Shown: positions 1-9,781 of the stretch, piece after piece
Layout of the letters: every line of letters starts with the position of its first letter
Numbering within the stretch: position 1 is the first letter of the stretch
Assembly (NCBI GenBank): GCA_029559475.1
Contig: JAKQBN010000055.1
Location: 92,031-156,030, forward strand
Reading direction: 5' to 3'
Source of the DNA: a bacterium
Lineage (GTDB): Bacteria; UBA4055
Length of the DNA stretch: 64,000 nt
Notes under the pieces: generated by a model
The model's input: only the letters and a program-made list of their open reading frames with translations
What the model was told of the DNA's origin: nothing
Database searches by the model: none
Made by a program: the position numbers and the translations under genes

Positions 1-232
1 CGGCGAAAATGTCTTTTTCAGCTTCAAATACTTTTTCGATCGCTTCAGGATCCCTAAGATCAGCCTCGTAGAAACTTACCTGTTTACCCGTTAACTTTTC
101 AACTCTCTCTACGCTTTCATATACAGAGTTGCTAAAATTATCAACGAGAACAAGTTCATAATCTTCTTTTAAGAGTTCAACATTCGTATGAGATGCAATA
201 TAGCCTGCGCCGCCGGTGATGAGTATTTTCAT
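1..232 (-). CDS. galE: UDP-glucose 4-epimerase (GalE-like NAD-dependent epimerase), N-terminal fragment running off the window start
   Basis: Reverse-strand translation from the ATG at 230-232 gives MKILITGGAGYIASHTNVELLKEDYELVLVDNFSNSVYESVERVEKLTGKQVSFYEADLRD. It has the Rossmann GGAGYIxSH motif and the GalE N-terminal pattern. Confidence 0.75.
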   Translation of the reverse strand, partial: MKILITGGAGYIASHTNVELLKEDYELVLVDNFSNSVYESVERVEKLTGKQVSFYEADLRDPEAIEKVFEAEKDIFA

Positions 233-341
233 CCAATTCTCCATGAATTTTTTAAATTCAAACCGAAAATTAAATAAAAGTTCATTCTAAGTCAAACTTA
301 AAATAAATTTAAGTTGATAAAATAATCCGAAAAGTTTATTT

Positions 342-767
342 TTGTTTCGTTTGGAGAATAGGAAAAGTATGGGGTTTTACGACGGTGGAATACGGTTCGA
401 ATGCAAAAAGTGCGGAAACTGCTGCAATGTGCAGGGGTATGTATTTATTTTTCAGAAAGACCTCGACAGGCTTGTTGATAAATCGGGTTTCACATTAGAA
501 GAACTGCAGAGGACATATCTTTCGACCGTTGACGGATACACGGTTTTTCGCGATGCAGGGAACGGAGCCTGTATTTTCTGGGACCCGATCGTAAAAGGCT
601 GTAAAATATATGAAGCGAGGCCGACACAGTGCAGAACTTATCCTTTCTGGAAAACACTGCTCTATAAAAAATCAAAATGGGATGAGGAAACAAAAACATG
701 CCCGGGCATAGGATCGGGAAGGCTTTATTCATTTGAAGAGATCGAAGAATTAAAAAATCAATTATAA
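342..767 (+). CDS. YkgJ-family cysteine-cluster protein (putative Fe-S or zinc-binding, UPF0153)
   Basis: 141-aa ORF with a CKKCGNCC motif and later conserved Cys (GACIFW, KGCKIY, CRTYPFW, KTCPG), typical of YkgJ/CxxCxxCC proteins. Confidence 0.65.
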   Translation: MFRLENRKSMGFYDGGIRFECKKCGNCCNVQGYVFIFQKDLDRLVDKSGFTLEELQRTYLSTVDGYTVFRDAGNGACIFWDPIVKGCKIYEARPTQCRTYPFWKTLLYKKSKWDEETKTCPGIGSGRLYSFEEIEELKNQL

Positions 768-781
768 TAAGGGAGAGAGAA

Positions 782-2011
782 ATGGGAAAGAGGATCGTAG
801 TAAGGGCTAAAGTCCTTTATAACGGAAAATCAAAACTGTACGAACAAAATATAATTGTCGAGGACGGTAAGATCGCCGAATTAACAAAAAAGGATGTCAA
901 AGCTGATTACGAAGGCATTGTGACACCTGCTTTCATTGATGCGCATTCTCATATCGGGATGTTTCGCGACGGAGAACCTGACGGTGAAAGCGAAGGCAAC
1001 GACATTTCTGATCAGTTCATGCCTCTTAACGATCCGTTGAACAGCATATACTACGACGACAGGGCATTTAAAGATGCTGTTGATTTCGGAGTACTTTATT
1101 CCTGCGTTGTACCCGGAAGCGGCAATCTCATCGGCGGAAGAGCGATGATAATAAAGAATTTCGCTGAGAATACGAAGGATGCTCTTTTAAAGGATTACGG
1201 ATATAAAATGGCATTAGGTTTCAATCCCAGATCGACGGGCGAATGGAGAGGGAAGAGACCGAATACGAGAATGGGAATCTATTCCATGCTCGAAGAGAAA
1301 TTCGATACCGTTCTTGCAAAAAAAGAGAAAGCCGGGATAGCGAGGGATAAAAAACTGAGCGAAATAGAAAAGAAAAAGACCGGGAAGGAAAAAATATCCG
1401 CTAAAGAATATACCGAGCAGAAAAAGCAGACTCTTAGAGAATTCGAATTAGAGTTCACACCCGACGAAAAGGCTATACTTGAGATCCTGTCAGGAAAAGT
1501 GACAGCGAAGATACATGTTCATAAAGAAGACGACGTTCTGTATCTGATAAAACTTGTGAAAAAATACGGAATTAAGGCTACGGCAGACCACACATGCGAC
1601 GTTTTCCACAAAGAGATCTATGACGAACTCGGAAAAGCGGGGATCCCGGTAATATTCGGACCTTTAGGCGGGATAGGACCGAAGATCGAACTTGCTCATG
1701 CCTATTATCAGAACGCGGAACTCTTAATGAGATCGAAAGCCGAATACGGGCTTATGACAGATCATCCGGTTATATGGACGCCTCATCTGCGCGACAGCCT
1801 CAAATTCTTCCTTATCTATGGAATGAAGGATGAGGAAGCGATATCGGTCGTGACATATAAGAACGCGAAAATATTAGGAATTGACGACATTCTCGGAACG
1901 GTCGAAAAAGGAAAGACTGCCAGTCTGATCGTATGGGATAAAGAACCTATGCATCTGGGGGCTTATCCGAAAATGGTCATGGCCGAAGGTAAAATAGTAA
2001 GAAAGAGATAA
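782..2011 (+). CDS. metal-dependent amidohydrolase family protein with an internal K/E-rich insertion
   Basis: 409 aa. N-terminal FIDAHSHIG metal-binding signature (HxH) of the amidohydrolase superfamily, with conserved H/D residues downstream. A ~75-aa lysine-rich low-complexity insert interrupts the fold. Confidence 0.7.
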   Translation: MGKRIVVRAKVLYNGKSKLYEQNIIVEDGKIAELTKKDVKADYEGIVTPAFIDAHSHIGMFRDGEPDGESEGNDISDQFMPLNDPLNSIYYDDRAFKDAVDFGVLYSCVVPGSGNLIGGRAMIIKNFAENTKDALLKDYGYKMALGFNPRSTGEWRGKRPNTRMGIYSMLEEKFDTVLAKKEKAGIARDKKLSEIEKKKTGKEKISAKEYTEQKKQTLREFELEFTPDEKAILEILSGKVTAKIHVHKEDDVLYLIKLVKKYGIKATADHTCDVFHKEIYDELGKAGIPVIFGPLGGIGPKIELAHAYYQNAELLMRSKAEYGLMTDHPVIWTPHLRDSLKFFLIYGMKDEEAISVVTYKNAKILGIDDILGTVEKGKTASLIVWDKEPMHLGAYPKMVMAEGKIVRKR

Positions 2012-2022
2012 GGGGGCAATTT

Positions 2023-2418
2023 ATGCCTAAAGCAAGCGGAAAGGAATTCGGGTTCGATTCGCACAAGTCAATAAGAACAGATTTTCTTGAAACGATAATT
2101 TATAAAGGGGAGACCCAGGAGATAACATTCGAAACTGATGAGCTCTCGGCAGTCTGCCCGTTCTCGGGGCTTCCTGATTACAGCAATCTGAATATTCATT
2201 ACGTGCCGAACAAACTGATAGTTGAGCTTAAATCTCTCAAATATTATCTTGTTTCATTCAGAAATGTAGGCATATATCAGGAAGAGCTTACTGACAGAAT
2301 ATATAAGGATCTGAAAAATCTTCTAAAACCGAAGTCTCTAAGAATTGAAACTAATTATAATGTTAGGGGCGGTATTTACACGACCTGCGTTATAGATTCG
2401 GAAAAGATAAAAAAATAA
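2023..2418 (+). CDS. queF: NADPH-dependent 7-cyano-7-deazaguanine (preQ0) reductase QueF, unimodular type
   Basis: 131 aa. Catalytic Cys in [11 protein letters not shown] and the QueF motif ELKSLKYYL (E-x-K-S-x-K-Y-Y). Length fits type I QueF. Confidence 0.8.
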   Translation: MPKASGKEFGFDSHKSIRTDFLETIIYKGETQEITFETDELSAVCPFSGLPDYSNLNIHYVPNKLIVELKSLKYYLVSFRNVGIYQEELTDRIYKDLKNLLKPKSLRIETNYNVRGGIYTTCVIDSEKIKK

Positions 2419-2422
2419 TTTC

Positions 2423-3643
2423 TTATTCCTGCCTCAGGGCATCGATCGGATTAAGATTGCTCGCCTTGAGCGCGGGATATATCCCGGCGCTAATACCAAT
2501 TAACAATGATACAGTAAATGCAGTAGCTATAGTCCAAAGCGGCGCGAAAGTGGAATAGCTCGATACGGCAGAAATGATCTTTGATACAGATATGCCGATG
2601 ATTATTCCTGCAGTTCCGCCTGTCAGGCTTAAAAGAACGGATTCTATCAGGAACTGGGTGATTATATTAACTTTATTCGCGCCGAGCGAGCGCCTAATTC
2701 CTATCTCATTTGTTCTTTCAGTTATCGACACCAGCATCATATTCATGATACCGATGCTTCCGACAAGTAAAGACATTCCCCCGATCGACAGCGCGACAAG
2801 ATAGATAACAGCTATTATTCCGTTCATTTTATCAGTGATCTCGTCCTTAGTCGTGATCTCAAAATCGTTTTCATCGTCCGCTTTCAGATTCCTCTGCCTT
2901 CGAAGGGACATTATGACCTGGTCTTTCGCCGCGGAAAGTTTCTGAGTTGAAACGGCCTGAACAAGCATGTCTATGTTCCGGGATTTACCGTATAGTTTCT
3001 CGTAGTGAAAATCAGATATGCAGGCGATTATGTCCTGATCGTAATTGAATTTTGTTCCCTTAGATACAAATTCGCCGATCACCAGAAATTTTTTATTTTC
3101 TATCAGGACATACCGGCCTACGGGAGAAGCTCCGTCGAAAAGTCTGTCGGATATCGTTGTACCTATTACAACGTAATTCTGGCGAAAAAGATAATCATTC
3201 TCAGAAAAAAATCTGCCTTCCCCAATCTCATATCCTGAAATTTCGAGCCAGCCGTCCGAAGCTCCTATGATTATCGCTTTTCTGTCGGTCTTCTTATTCT
3301 TATAAGTTATCTCTTCGTTCCAGTTCTCCATTATCGGGATTATACCGGTAATGTCGGGGCAGTCCTTTTTTATAAGAGGGATAAGATCAGCTGTCAGGTT
3401 CGTTCTTTTCTCATATTTTTCCCAGTCATTTCCGTGCTGAAAAGCCGGCATTTTTGAAACAACGAAACTCGCCGAACCTAGCTTGTCTATCTCTGTGCTT
3501 ATTTCTTTTCTTAAACCTTCGATCGCCGCCTGCATTAGTATGATTACCATGATCCCAATTATTATCCCGAGCATCGTAAGAAATGATCTCAGCTTGTGCA
3601 TTCTGAGGGTATTGAGAGCAATAATAAAAATATCTTTAAACAT
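2423..3643 (-). CDS. ABC transporter permease, MacB/LolE-like (FtsX-fold with periplasmic domain)
   Basis: 406 aa. N-terminal TM helix, large periplasmic domain, three C-terminal TM helices, and the FtsX-family end motif NPIDALRQE. Confidence 0.8.
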   Translation of the reverse strand: MFKDIFIIALNTLRMHKLRSFLTMLGIIIGIMVIILMQAAIEGLRKEISTEIDKLGSASFVVSKMPAFQHGNDWEKYEKRTNLTADLIPLIKKDCPDITGIIPIMENWNEEITYKNKKTDRKAIIIGASDGWLEISGYEIGEGRFFSENDYLFRQNYVVIGTTISDRLFDGASPVGRYVLIENKKFLVIGEFVSKGTKFNYDQDIIACISDFHYEKLYGKSRNIDMLVQAVSTQKLSAAKDQVIMSLRRQRNLKADDENDFEITTKDEITDKMNGIIAVIYLVALSIGGMSLLVGSIGIMNMMLVSITERTNEIGIRRSLGANKVNIITQFLIESVLLSLTGGTAGIIIGISVSKIISAVSSYSTFAPLWTIATAFTVSLLIGISAGIYPALKASNLNPIDALRQE

Positions 3644-4863
3644 TATTCGTACCTCAGAGCTTCGATAGGATTAAGATCCGCGGCTTTTTTTGCGGGAAAA
3701 TACCCGAAAATAATTCCCACAAGTGCCGAAAATCCGACCCCTATTATCACGGATGACAGCGAGACGGCTGAAGGTAGAGGAGTGAACCTGCTGATCAGGC
3801 TTGCCGCAGTAAAGCCCGCAAGAGTTCCGGCGATTCCACCCACCATGCAAAGGATCATTGATTCAGTTGTGAACTGGAACATGATTAGCCTGCTTGTCGC
3901 ACCTATCGCTTTTCTTGTGCCGATCTCTCTAGTGCGCTGAGTGACCGTAACGAGCATGACGTTCATGATGCCTATGCCGCCTACAAGAAGAGACATCGCT
4001 CCGATAGCTATAATAAGCAGACGGAGCGTGCGGGTCACCTTATTAAGAAAATCAAGGATCTGCTTTATCTCGTTTATGGAAAAATCGTTGTCATCTCCGG
4101 GTTTTAAGCCGCGTGCGGTACGTAGTAGCGATGTGAGCTCGGATTTTGTCTGATTTATCATAGTCGGATCTTTCGCGGTCACTTTTATATCTACTCCATG
4201 TCTTTTTCCCCACCAGAAATATTTTTTCAGGCTGCCGATGGGAATAATGATCTGTTTGTCCAGGCTTTCACCGAATATCTCGCCCTTTTTCGGAAGTACT
4301 CCGATAACAAGGTATTTATGGCCGTTGATCTTAACATTTTTTCCGACAGATTCTCCCTCATCGAACAGAATGCTGCTCACTTCATAGCCTAAGACAGCGA
4401 CATTTGAATTCCTGTCGTTCTCGCTGTAAGTAAAAAACCTGCCCGTTCCCGGAGTGGCATCCGAAGTGAATTCATAATCCGCGGTGCTTCCGACGACCAG
4501 AATGTTCCTAACTTCATTATCTTTATATTTAGCGTTTCCCCATGAATTTATTACCGGAGTCACATATTCTGCAAGTTCGGAGTTCTCTCTGATAAAGTCC
4601 GCGTGTTTTTCGGTAAGCGGCTTTCTTTTAATCTCCTTTCTCCAGTCGTTCTCCATCCATGTGAATTTGGAAATGTAAAGCGAATTCGACCCGAGCGAGG
4701 AAAGCTGCCCGATAATATATTTTTCGGTACCTTTCATGACCGAATGAATGAAGATTATAGTCGTAACGCCTATCATAATTCCGAGAAGGGTAAGAAAAGA
4801 TCTCAGCTTGTTTTCTTTTATAGAGCTTAAAGAGATGAGTATTGCTTCGTATATATGGCGCAA
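3643..4863 (-). CDS. ABC transporter permease, MacB/LolC-like paralog
   Basis: 406 aa with the same architecture as the downstream permease. C-terminal NPIEALRYE. The tandem paralog overlaps its neighbour by 1 nt. Confidence 0.8.
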   Translation of the reverse strand: MRHIYEAILISLSSIKENKLRSFLTLLGIMIGVTTIIFIHSVMKGTEKYIIGQLSSLGSNSLYISKFTWMENDWRKEIKRKPLTEKHADFIRENSELAEYVTPVINSWGNAKYKDNEVRNILVVGSTADYEFTSDATPGTGRFFTYSENDRNSNVAVLGYEVSSILFDEGESVGKNVKINGHKYLVIGVLPKKGEIFGESLDKQIIIPIGSLKKYFWWGKRHGVDIKVTAKDPTMINQTKSELTSLLRTARGLKPGDDNDFSINEIKQILDFLNKVTRTLRLLIIAIGAMSLLVGGIGIMNVMLVTVTQRTREIGTRKAIGATSRLIMFQFTTESMILCMVGGIAGTLAGFTAASLISRFTPLPSAVSLSSVIIGVGFSALVGIIFGYFPAKKAADLNPIEALRYE

Positions 4864-4864
4864 T

Positions 4865-5563
4865 TTAACCGCCTTTTAAAGTATCGTGCTCGATAAATCC
4901 GTCTTTCAGCCTGATTATTCTCTGGGCGAAATCAGCAATGTCCTGCTCGTGAGTCACTACAATAAGCGTGTTACCCTCTTCGTGTAGCTCTTTGAACAGC
5001 TGCATGATCTCCATGCTTGTTTTAGAATCCAGATTCCCCGTAGGCTCGTCCGCCAGGATTATCGACGGTCTGTTGACAAGAGCTCTGGCTATCGCGACCC
5101 TCTGCTTTTGTCCGCCGGAAAGCTCGTTGGGTCTGTGTTTCATCCTTTCACCCAGTCCGACGCGTGTAAGAGCTTCTTCGGCTCTTTTCTTTCTGTCATC
5201 TGAATCAGTTTTCGAATAGATCAGCGGCAGTTCCACATTGCTCAAGGCTGTCGATCTTGCCAGCAGATTGAATGTCTGAAAAACGAATCCGATCTCTTTA
5301 TTCCTGACAGATGCCAGCTGCACATCATTCATGCCGGCAACATTCATTCCGTTCAGAAAATATCTTCCTGATGTCGGAGTGTCAAGACATCCTATAATGT
5401 TCATCAGCGTGGATTTTCCCGAACCCGATGCGCCCATGACTGCAATGTATTCGTTCCGCTTTACAGTTAATGAAACATTGTTTAGAGCGTGTATCACTTC
5501 TTCGCCGGGCTGATAGGTCTTAAACAGATCTTCTATTTTTATTAAATATTCATCCATGATCAT
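4865..5563 (-). CDS. ABC transporter ATP-binding protein (MacB/LolD-type)
   Basis: Walker [13 protein letters not shown] signature [15 protein letters not shown], Walker [13 protein letters not shown]-loop VTHE. Confidence 0.9.
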   Translation of the reverse strand: MIMDEYLIKIEDLFKTYQPGEEVIHALNNVSLTVKRNEYIAVMGASGSGKSTLMNIIGCLDTPTSGRYFLNGMNVAGMNDVQLASVRNKEIGFVFQTFNLLARSTALSNVELPLIYSKTDSDDRKKRAEEALTRVGLGERMKHRPNELSGGQKQRVAIARALVNRPSIILADEPTGNLDSKTSMEIMQLFKELHEEGNTLIVVTHEQDIADFAQRIIRLKDGFIEHDTLKGG

Positions 5564-6789
5564 TTAACCGAGTCGTTCTTCAAAGTCTGCTTAACCTTCA
5601 TCCCGTCTTTCAGCACTTTACTTATCGTTTTATAGTCGCCGGACACGATTAGATCGTTCACTTTAAGGCCGTCTGTTATGTGAATATATCTTTCGTTCGA
5701 TATCCCTGTCTTTATCTTAACTGCTTCAACGGTGAATTCATCCTCATCTCCGTCTTTGAGCCTGAAAATGATGTCTTCGTACTCTCCGTCAGGATCTTTT
5801 GAACCTGTTCCGTTCACCATCCCGTTCTTTTTGCGTCTTGCGAGAGACTGAATAGGAACGGAAAGGACATCTTCTACCACATCGGTAACGATCTCGGCGT
5901 AAGTAGTCATTCCCGGTTTTATCAGATCGTTTTTTGTGATCATGTTCACAGCAACCGTATACTCAACTGCCACATCGGCGTTCGCGGCGTTCAAAGGAGT
6001 ATTGCCGATCTCGGTAACCACACCTGTAAAGACTGAGTCTTCCATCGCGTCCAGAGTTATCTTTACTGAATCATATAGTGATATAGAAGTAACATCATTC
6101 TCATCCACATCAACATTAACTTTATAAGCGTTAAGATCAGCGATACTCAGGATTACATCCGTATTAAACTGGCTGCCCAGAACCATTTCGCCCTCTTCTT
6201 TATAAAGCTTTGTAACGATGCCATCCATCGGGGCATATATATTAGTTTTACCGAGTCTGTCCTTTATCTGATCAAGGTAAGCGGTCTGAAGCTTGATGCT
6301 CTCGAGAGATGATTCATAAGCTGTCTTAGCTATGTCCAGCTTAATCTGATAGGCTTCGAATTCGCTGTCCGAAATAAAATTATTGGTTTTCAGTTGTTTT
6401 TTATTGTCGTAATCGATCTGAGCCTGTTTAAGCTGAAGCTTCGCCGCTTCGGAGCTGTGCTGCTGCTGCGTAAGGGCGGCTGTCTGTTGTTCAACTTCGG
6501 CCAGAATGGTCTCCCTGTCTAAACGGGCAAGAAGGTCGCCTTTATTTACGGACTGGCCTTCTTTAACCAGAAGCTCGATTATATTAGCAGAAATGGATGA
6601 AGAAATGTTGACTTTCTTGACAGGTTCGATCACGCCTGATGCTGATACTGTTTTTACGATAGTTCTGATAACGGCTCTGTCCGATTCGATAAATACCGGT
6701 TTCGGCTTTTTTGCATAATAAACCGATATTATTATTGCAGCGACTATTACAACAGCTATCGAGATTCTTATCACAGTTTTCTTTTTCAT
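5560..6789 (-). CDS. efflux periplasmic adaptor (HlyD/MacA-family membrane fusion protein)
   Basis: 409 aa. N-terminal TM anchor, coiled-coil segment rich in Q/A/L, then beta-barrel/lipoyl-like regions. First gene of the MFP-ATPase-permease-permease operon. Confidence 0.8.
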   Translation of the reverse strand: MKKKTVIRISIAVVIVAAIIISVYYAKKPKPVFIESDRAVIRTIVKTVSASGVIEPVKKVNISSSISANIIELLVKEGQSVNKGDLLARLDRETILAEVEQQTAALTQQQHSSEAAKLQLKQAQIDYDNKKQLKTNNFISDSEFEAYQIKLDIAKTAYESSLESIKLQTAYLDQIKDRLGKTNIYAPMDGIVTKLYKEEGEMVLGSQFNTDVILSIADLNAYKVNVDVDENDVTSISLYDSVKITLDAMEDSVFTGVVTEIGNTPLNAANADVAVEYTVAVNMITKNDLIKPGMTTYAEIVTDVVEDVLSVPIQSLARRKKNGMVNGTGSKDPDGEYEDIIFRLKDGDEDEFTVEAVKIKTGISNERYIHITDGLKVNDLIVSGDYKTISKVLKDGMKVKQTLKNDSVK

Positions 6790-7004
6790 TTTATGGTCTC
6801 ATATACTTGATTACTTAATTATACAACAGTGTGAAATATATGTTCTTAGCGGTTAAAATCATAATTAAATATTGCGAAAGAACGCTTTTTGAGTGTGAAA
6901 CGTTTGAATTAGGTAATGAAATGAATTAAAAATATTCCTTGACTGACTTTATATTTAAAAATATATTCACAAAAAAAATCAACTAAAATAGAACGGAGCA
7001 TGAA

Positions 7005-8252
7005 ATGGCAGTACTGAGAAAATTTAAAGCCATAAGGCCGAAAAAGGGGCTTGAGGCGAAGATCGCCAGCTATCCCTACGACGTGATCAACAGCGAAGAG
7101 GCTAAAGAGATAGCAAAAGGCAACAAATATTCGTTTTTACACATCAACAAACCGGAGATCGATCTTCCTAAGGGGACTGACCTTTATTCTGATAAAGTTT
7201 ATCAGAAAGCGAAAGAGAATTTTCAATTATTTATGAAGGAAGGCTGGTTCATTCAGGATAAAGAGGAGCACCTATACATTTACCGCCAGACGATGGACGG
7301 AAGAGAGCAGTACGGGATAGTAGGTTGCTGCAGCGCGGAAGATTATTACAGTGATGTGATAAAAAAACACGAACACACAAGAAAAGCGAAAGAGGAAGAC
7401 AGGATCAAACACGTTGACGTTACCGGTATAAACGCAGGCCCGATATTTCTTACATATAAAGCGAGAAAATGCGTAAACGCAATGGTGGAAGAGATTGTAA
7501 AAGATAAACCTGTTTACGATTTCGTAGCAGAAGACGGTATAGGTCATACGGTATGGATCGTAAAAGACGAAAAACTGGCTGACAGGATCATAGCCAGGAT
7601 CAAGCTCACCAAGTATCTTTATATCGCTGACGGGCATCACAGGGCTGCTTCGGGCGCAATGGTGGCTAAAAGAAGACAGGCTAAGAACAAAAAGCATACA
7701 GGCAAAGAAGAATATAATTTCTTTATGTCGGTTCTTTTCCCTGACAATCAGCTTAAGATATTCGATTACAACAGGGTTCTTAAAAGCCTGAACGGGCATA
7801 CCGAGAAAGAGCTTTTCTCTTCGCTTGAAGGATTATTTAATATTACAAAAGCCGGTAAGGATGAATACAGACCGAAAAAGAAAGGCGAGATCGGAATGTA
7901 TTATAAAAAAAGCTGGTATAAGCTTGCGCTTAAAACAGGGATAAGGGACAATTCGGATCCGGTTAAATCATTAGATATTTCGATACTTCAGGATAAAATA
8001 CTTGATCCGTTCTTCGGAATTAAGGATCCCAGGACTTCGGACGATATCGATTTCGTCGGCGGCATCAGAGGTCTTAAAGAGCTGGTTAAACTTGTCGACA
8101 GCGGTAAATTCAAAGTCGCTTTCGCGATGTATCCGACATCTGTAAAAGAGCTGATGAAGATAGCCGATTCGGGAAAAGTAATGCCTCCAAAATCGACGTG
8201 GTTCGAGCCTAAATTAAGATCGGGGCTTTTAGTTCATGCGCTTGAAGATTAA
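7005..8252 (+). CDS. DUF1015-family protein
   Basis: 415 aa. N-terminus MAVLRKFKAIRPKK...ASYPYDVINSEEAKEIAKGNKYSFLHINKPEIDL matches my recollection of the DUF1015 family N-terminal consensus. No catalytic motif assigned. Confidence 0.5.
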   Translation: MAVLRKFKAIRPKKGLEAKIASYPYDVINSEEAKEIAKGNKYSFLHINKPEIDLPKGTDLYSDKVYQKAKENFQLFMKEGWFIQDKEEHLYIYRQTMDGREQYGIVGCCSAEDYYSDVIKKHEHTRKAKEEDRIKHVDVTGINAGPIFLTYKARKCVNAMVEEIVKDKPVYDFVAEDGIGHTVWIVKDEKLADRIIARIKLTKYLYIADGHHRAASGAMVAKRRQAKNKKHTGKEEYNFFMSVLFPDNQLKIFDYNRVLKSLNGHTEKELFSSLEGLFNITKAGKDEYRPKKKGEIGMYYKKSWYKLALKTGIRDNSDPVKSLDISILQDKILDPFFGIKDPRTSDDIDFVGGIRGLKELVKLVDSGKFKVAFAMYPTSVKELMKIADSGKVMPPKSTWFEPKLRSGLLVHALED

Positions 8253-8285
8253 ATAAAAAACGGCCGGTTGATCCGGCCATTTTAT

Positions 8286-9134
8286 TTACTGTTTTACTTT
8301 TCTGTGATTCTTATCCGGCAGTTTTGCCGACATGCTTTGGATAACTACTGTCTCGAAAACGCCGTCTTTGGTCTGATATTTTATCTGAAGGCTTTTTTCG
8401 TTGGCTGTCGGGAAATTCACTCCGAGGAACGTATCCGAGCAGGTGACTTTGAGATATCCGTCTTTTACTTTTGCGTTAAGTATATCGGTAACATCCATCG
8501 AATTGTCTTCTAAAAAATCGCCGTACACCGCTTTAACTATCTTCAGGTTCGGATCAGCTGCGGCTTTTACAGGTTCCTGTTTTACGACAGACGTTTCTTT
8601 TTTTACCGGTTCAGCCGGTGCTGATTTTACGGTCTCGGCGATCTTTACGGGTAATTCTGCTGCTGCTCCAATGACCCTGATGTTATCTTTTCTGACATTG
8701 TACCCGCCGGAGACTAAAACATGACCTTTATATAATGTGGAAGTATCTGTGATCTTAGCCATGAACCAGTTGTGCGTTCTTGCGTCATCCCTTTGTTTGG
8801 GCGGAATGTATACGTCGCCGGAAGAGTAATCGAACATTATTGCTACGGTTCCGATCTTTATCTCGTTCTCAGCAGCTATTCTGGACTGCCAGTAATTTTT
8901 TGTCCAGAGCTCTTTGCCGTCATGAACTCTCATAAATTTTGCTTCGCCGTTAGTGTTAGCTCCCGGGGGTTCGATCATTTTGGCGACCTGAATTCCTATC
9001 CAGCTGTGACCTTCGAGCGGTCTGTCTGATATGAAATAGTCATCGGGCTGTATGTAATGATTATCCATTACCTGTGAGTAAAGGCATGCGGCTGATAAGG
9101 CTATGAGCAACAATATTATTTTCTTGAGCATCAT
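8286..9134 (-). CDS. secreted hypothetical protein (signal peptide, A/P/K/E/V-rich linker, C-terminal beta-domain)
   Basis: 282 aa. N-terminal hydrophobic signal MMLKKIILLLIALSAACLYSQ. Linker PAEPVKKETSVVKQEPVKAAADP. C-terminal KIVKAVYGDF...DVTDILNAKVKDGYLKVT...KSLQIKYQTKDG module. Confidence 0.5.
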   Translation of the reverse strand: MMLKKIILLLIALSAACLYSQVMDNHYIQPDDYFISDRPLEGHSWIGIQVAKMIEPPGANTNGEAKFMRVHDGKELWTKNYWQSRIAAENEIKIGTVAIMFDYSSGDVYIPPKQRDDARTHNWFMAKITDTSTLYKGHVLVSGGYNVRKDNIRVIGAAAELPVKIAETVKSAPAEPVKKETSVVKQEPVKAAADPNLKIVKAVYGDFLEDNSMDVTDILNAKVKDGYLKVTCSDTFLGVNFPTANEKSLQIKYQTKDGVFETVVIQSMSAKLPDKNHRKVKQ

Positions 9135-9213
9135 TTTCTCCGTTTTTTTATCTTTAATTTACTTTAAATCCGTTCTGATTGCAATAAAATATTTTTGAGT
9201 GTATATTTCACGC

Positions 9214-9660
9214 ATGAAGATATTTATTGACGGCGATGCTCTGCCGAACATACTTAAGCCGATCATTGTGAGATCGGTTGAGCGTTTGAACCTTACGGCT
9301 GTTACTGTTTCAAATAAGCCTGTGAGGATAGGCAAAACGGAAAATTTTATTTATATTCTTGTCGGTTCAGGGGCTGATGTTGCGGATGATAAGATAGCGG
9401 AGATGGTTGAGGCTGGTGATCTTGTTATTACGGGCGATGTTCCTCTGGCTGACCGCGTTATTTCAAAAAACGCATTTGCGATAGACCACCGCGGTAAATT
9501 TTTCGATGCGGATAATATTAAATTCTTTCTTTCTGTGCGCGATCTGATGCAGGGTGCGCGTGACAGCGGGATCCAGACAAGCGGTCCGGCGCCATATTCT
9601 CAGAAAGACGCGCACGAATTCGCGAACCAGTTCAATAATATTCTGTCCAAGCACGTGTGA
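9214..9660 (+). CDS. yaiI: YaiI/YqgE-like UPF0178 (DUF188) protein
   Basis: MKIFIDGDALPN...VGSGADVADDKIAEMVEAGDLVITGDVPLADRVI matches the YaiI family pattern (MKIWVDADACP...DVAD..I...V..GDLVIT.D.PLA). The ORF could also start at 9199. Confidence 0.7.
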   Translation: MKIFIDGDALPNILKPIIVRSVERLNLTAVTVSNKPVRIGKTENFIYILVGSGADVADDKIAEMVEAGDLVITGDVPLADRVISKNAFAIDHRGKFFDADNIKFFLSVRDLMQGARDSGIQTSGPAPYSQKDAHEFANQFNNILSKHV

Positions 9661-9781
9661 TTGCTATTTTAGATACAAACTTACCCGTTACCGTCTTCGC
9701 CCGCCTGTACGTGTTTGTTATAAAGTAGTAATTAGCCTGATGCGCCAGGGTGAGTTTTTAGATAAATATAGCAATCATACT

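Noticed and set aside
233-341. Possible preQ1 riboswitch upstream of the ykgJ-amidohydrolase-queF cluster
   Set aside because: No sequence matching the compact preQ1-I/II consensus (e.g. the conserved AGAGGUUC...CUA core) was seen. The 11-nt gap before queF is too short.
7272-7799. 175-aa antisense ORF inside the DUF1015 gene, and similar long antisense ORFs (e.g. 42407-43089 inside the EF-G-like gene, 55508-56140 inside atpA, 27556-28041 inside the VWA gene)
   Set aside because: They are entirely nested antisense to genes with strong homology signatures. They have odd composition (F/R/C-rich) and no motifs, so they are judged spurious.
9661-9781. ~120-nt convergent intergenic region between yaiI and rlmI with a 9-bp inverted repeat (gattgctat ... 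atagcaatc) and a GC-rich core, a possible sRNA
   Set aside because: There is no promoter or terminator pair and no conservation information. It is more simply explained as shared 3' UTR or terminator structure.
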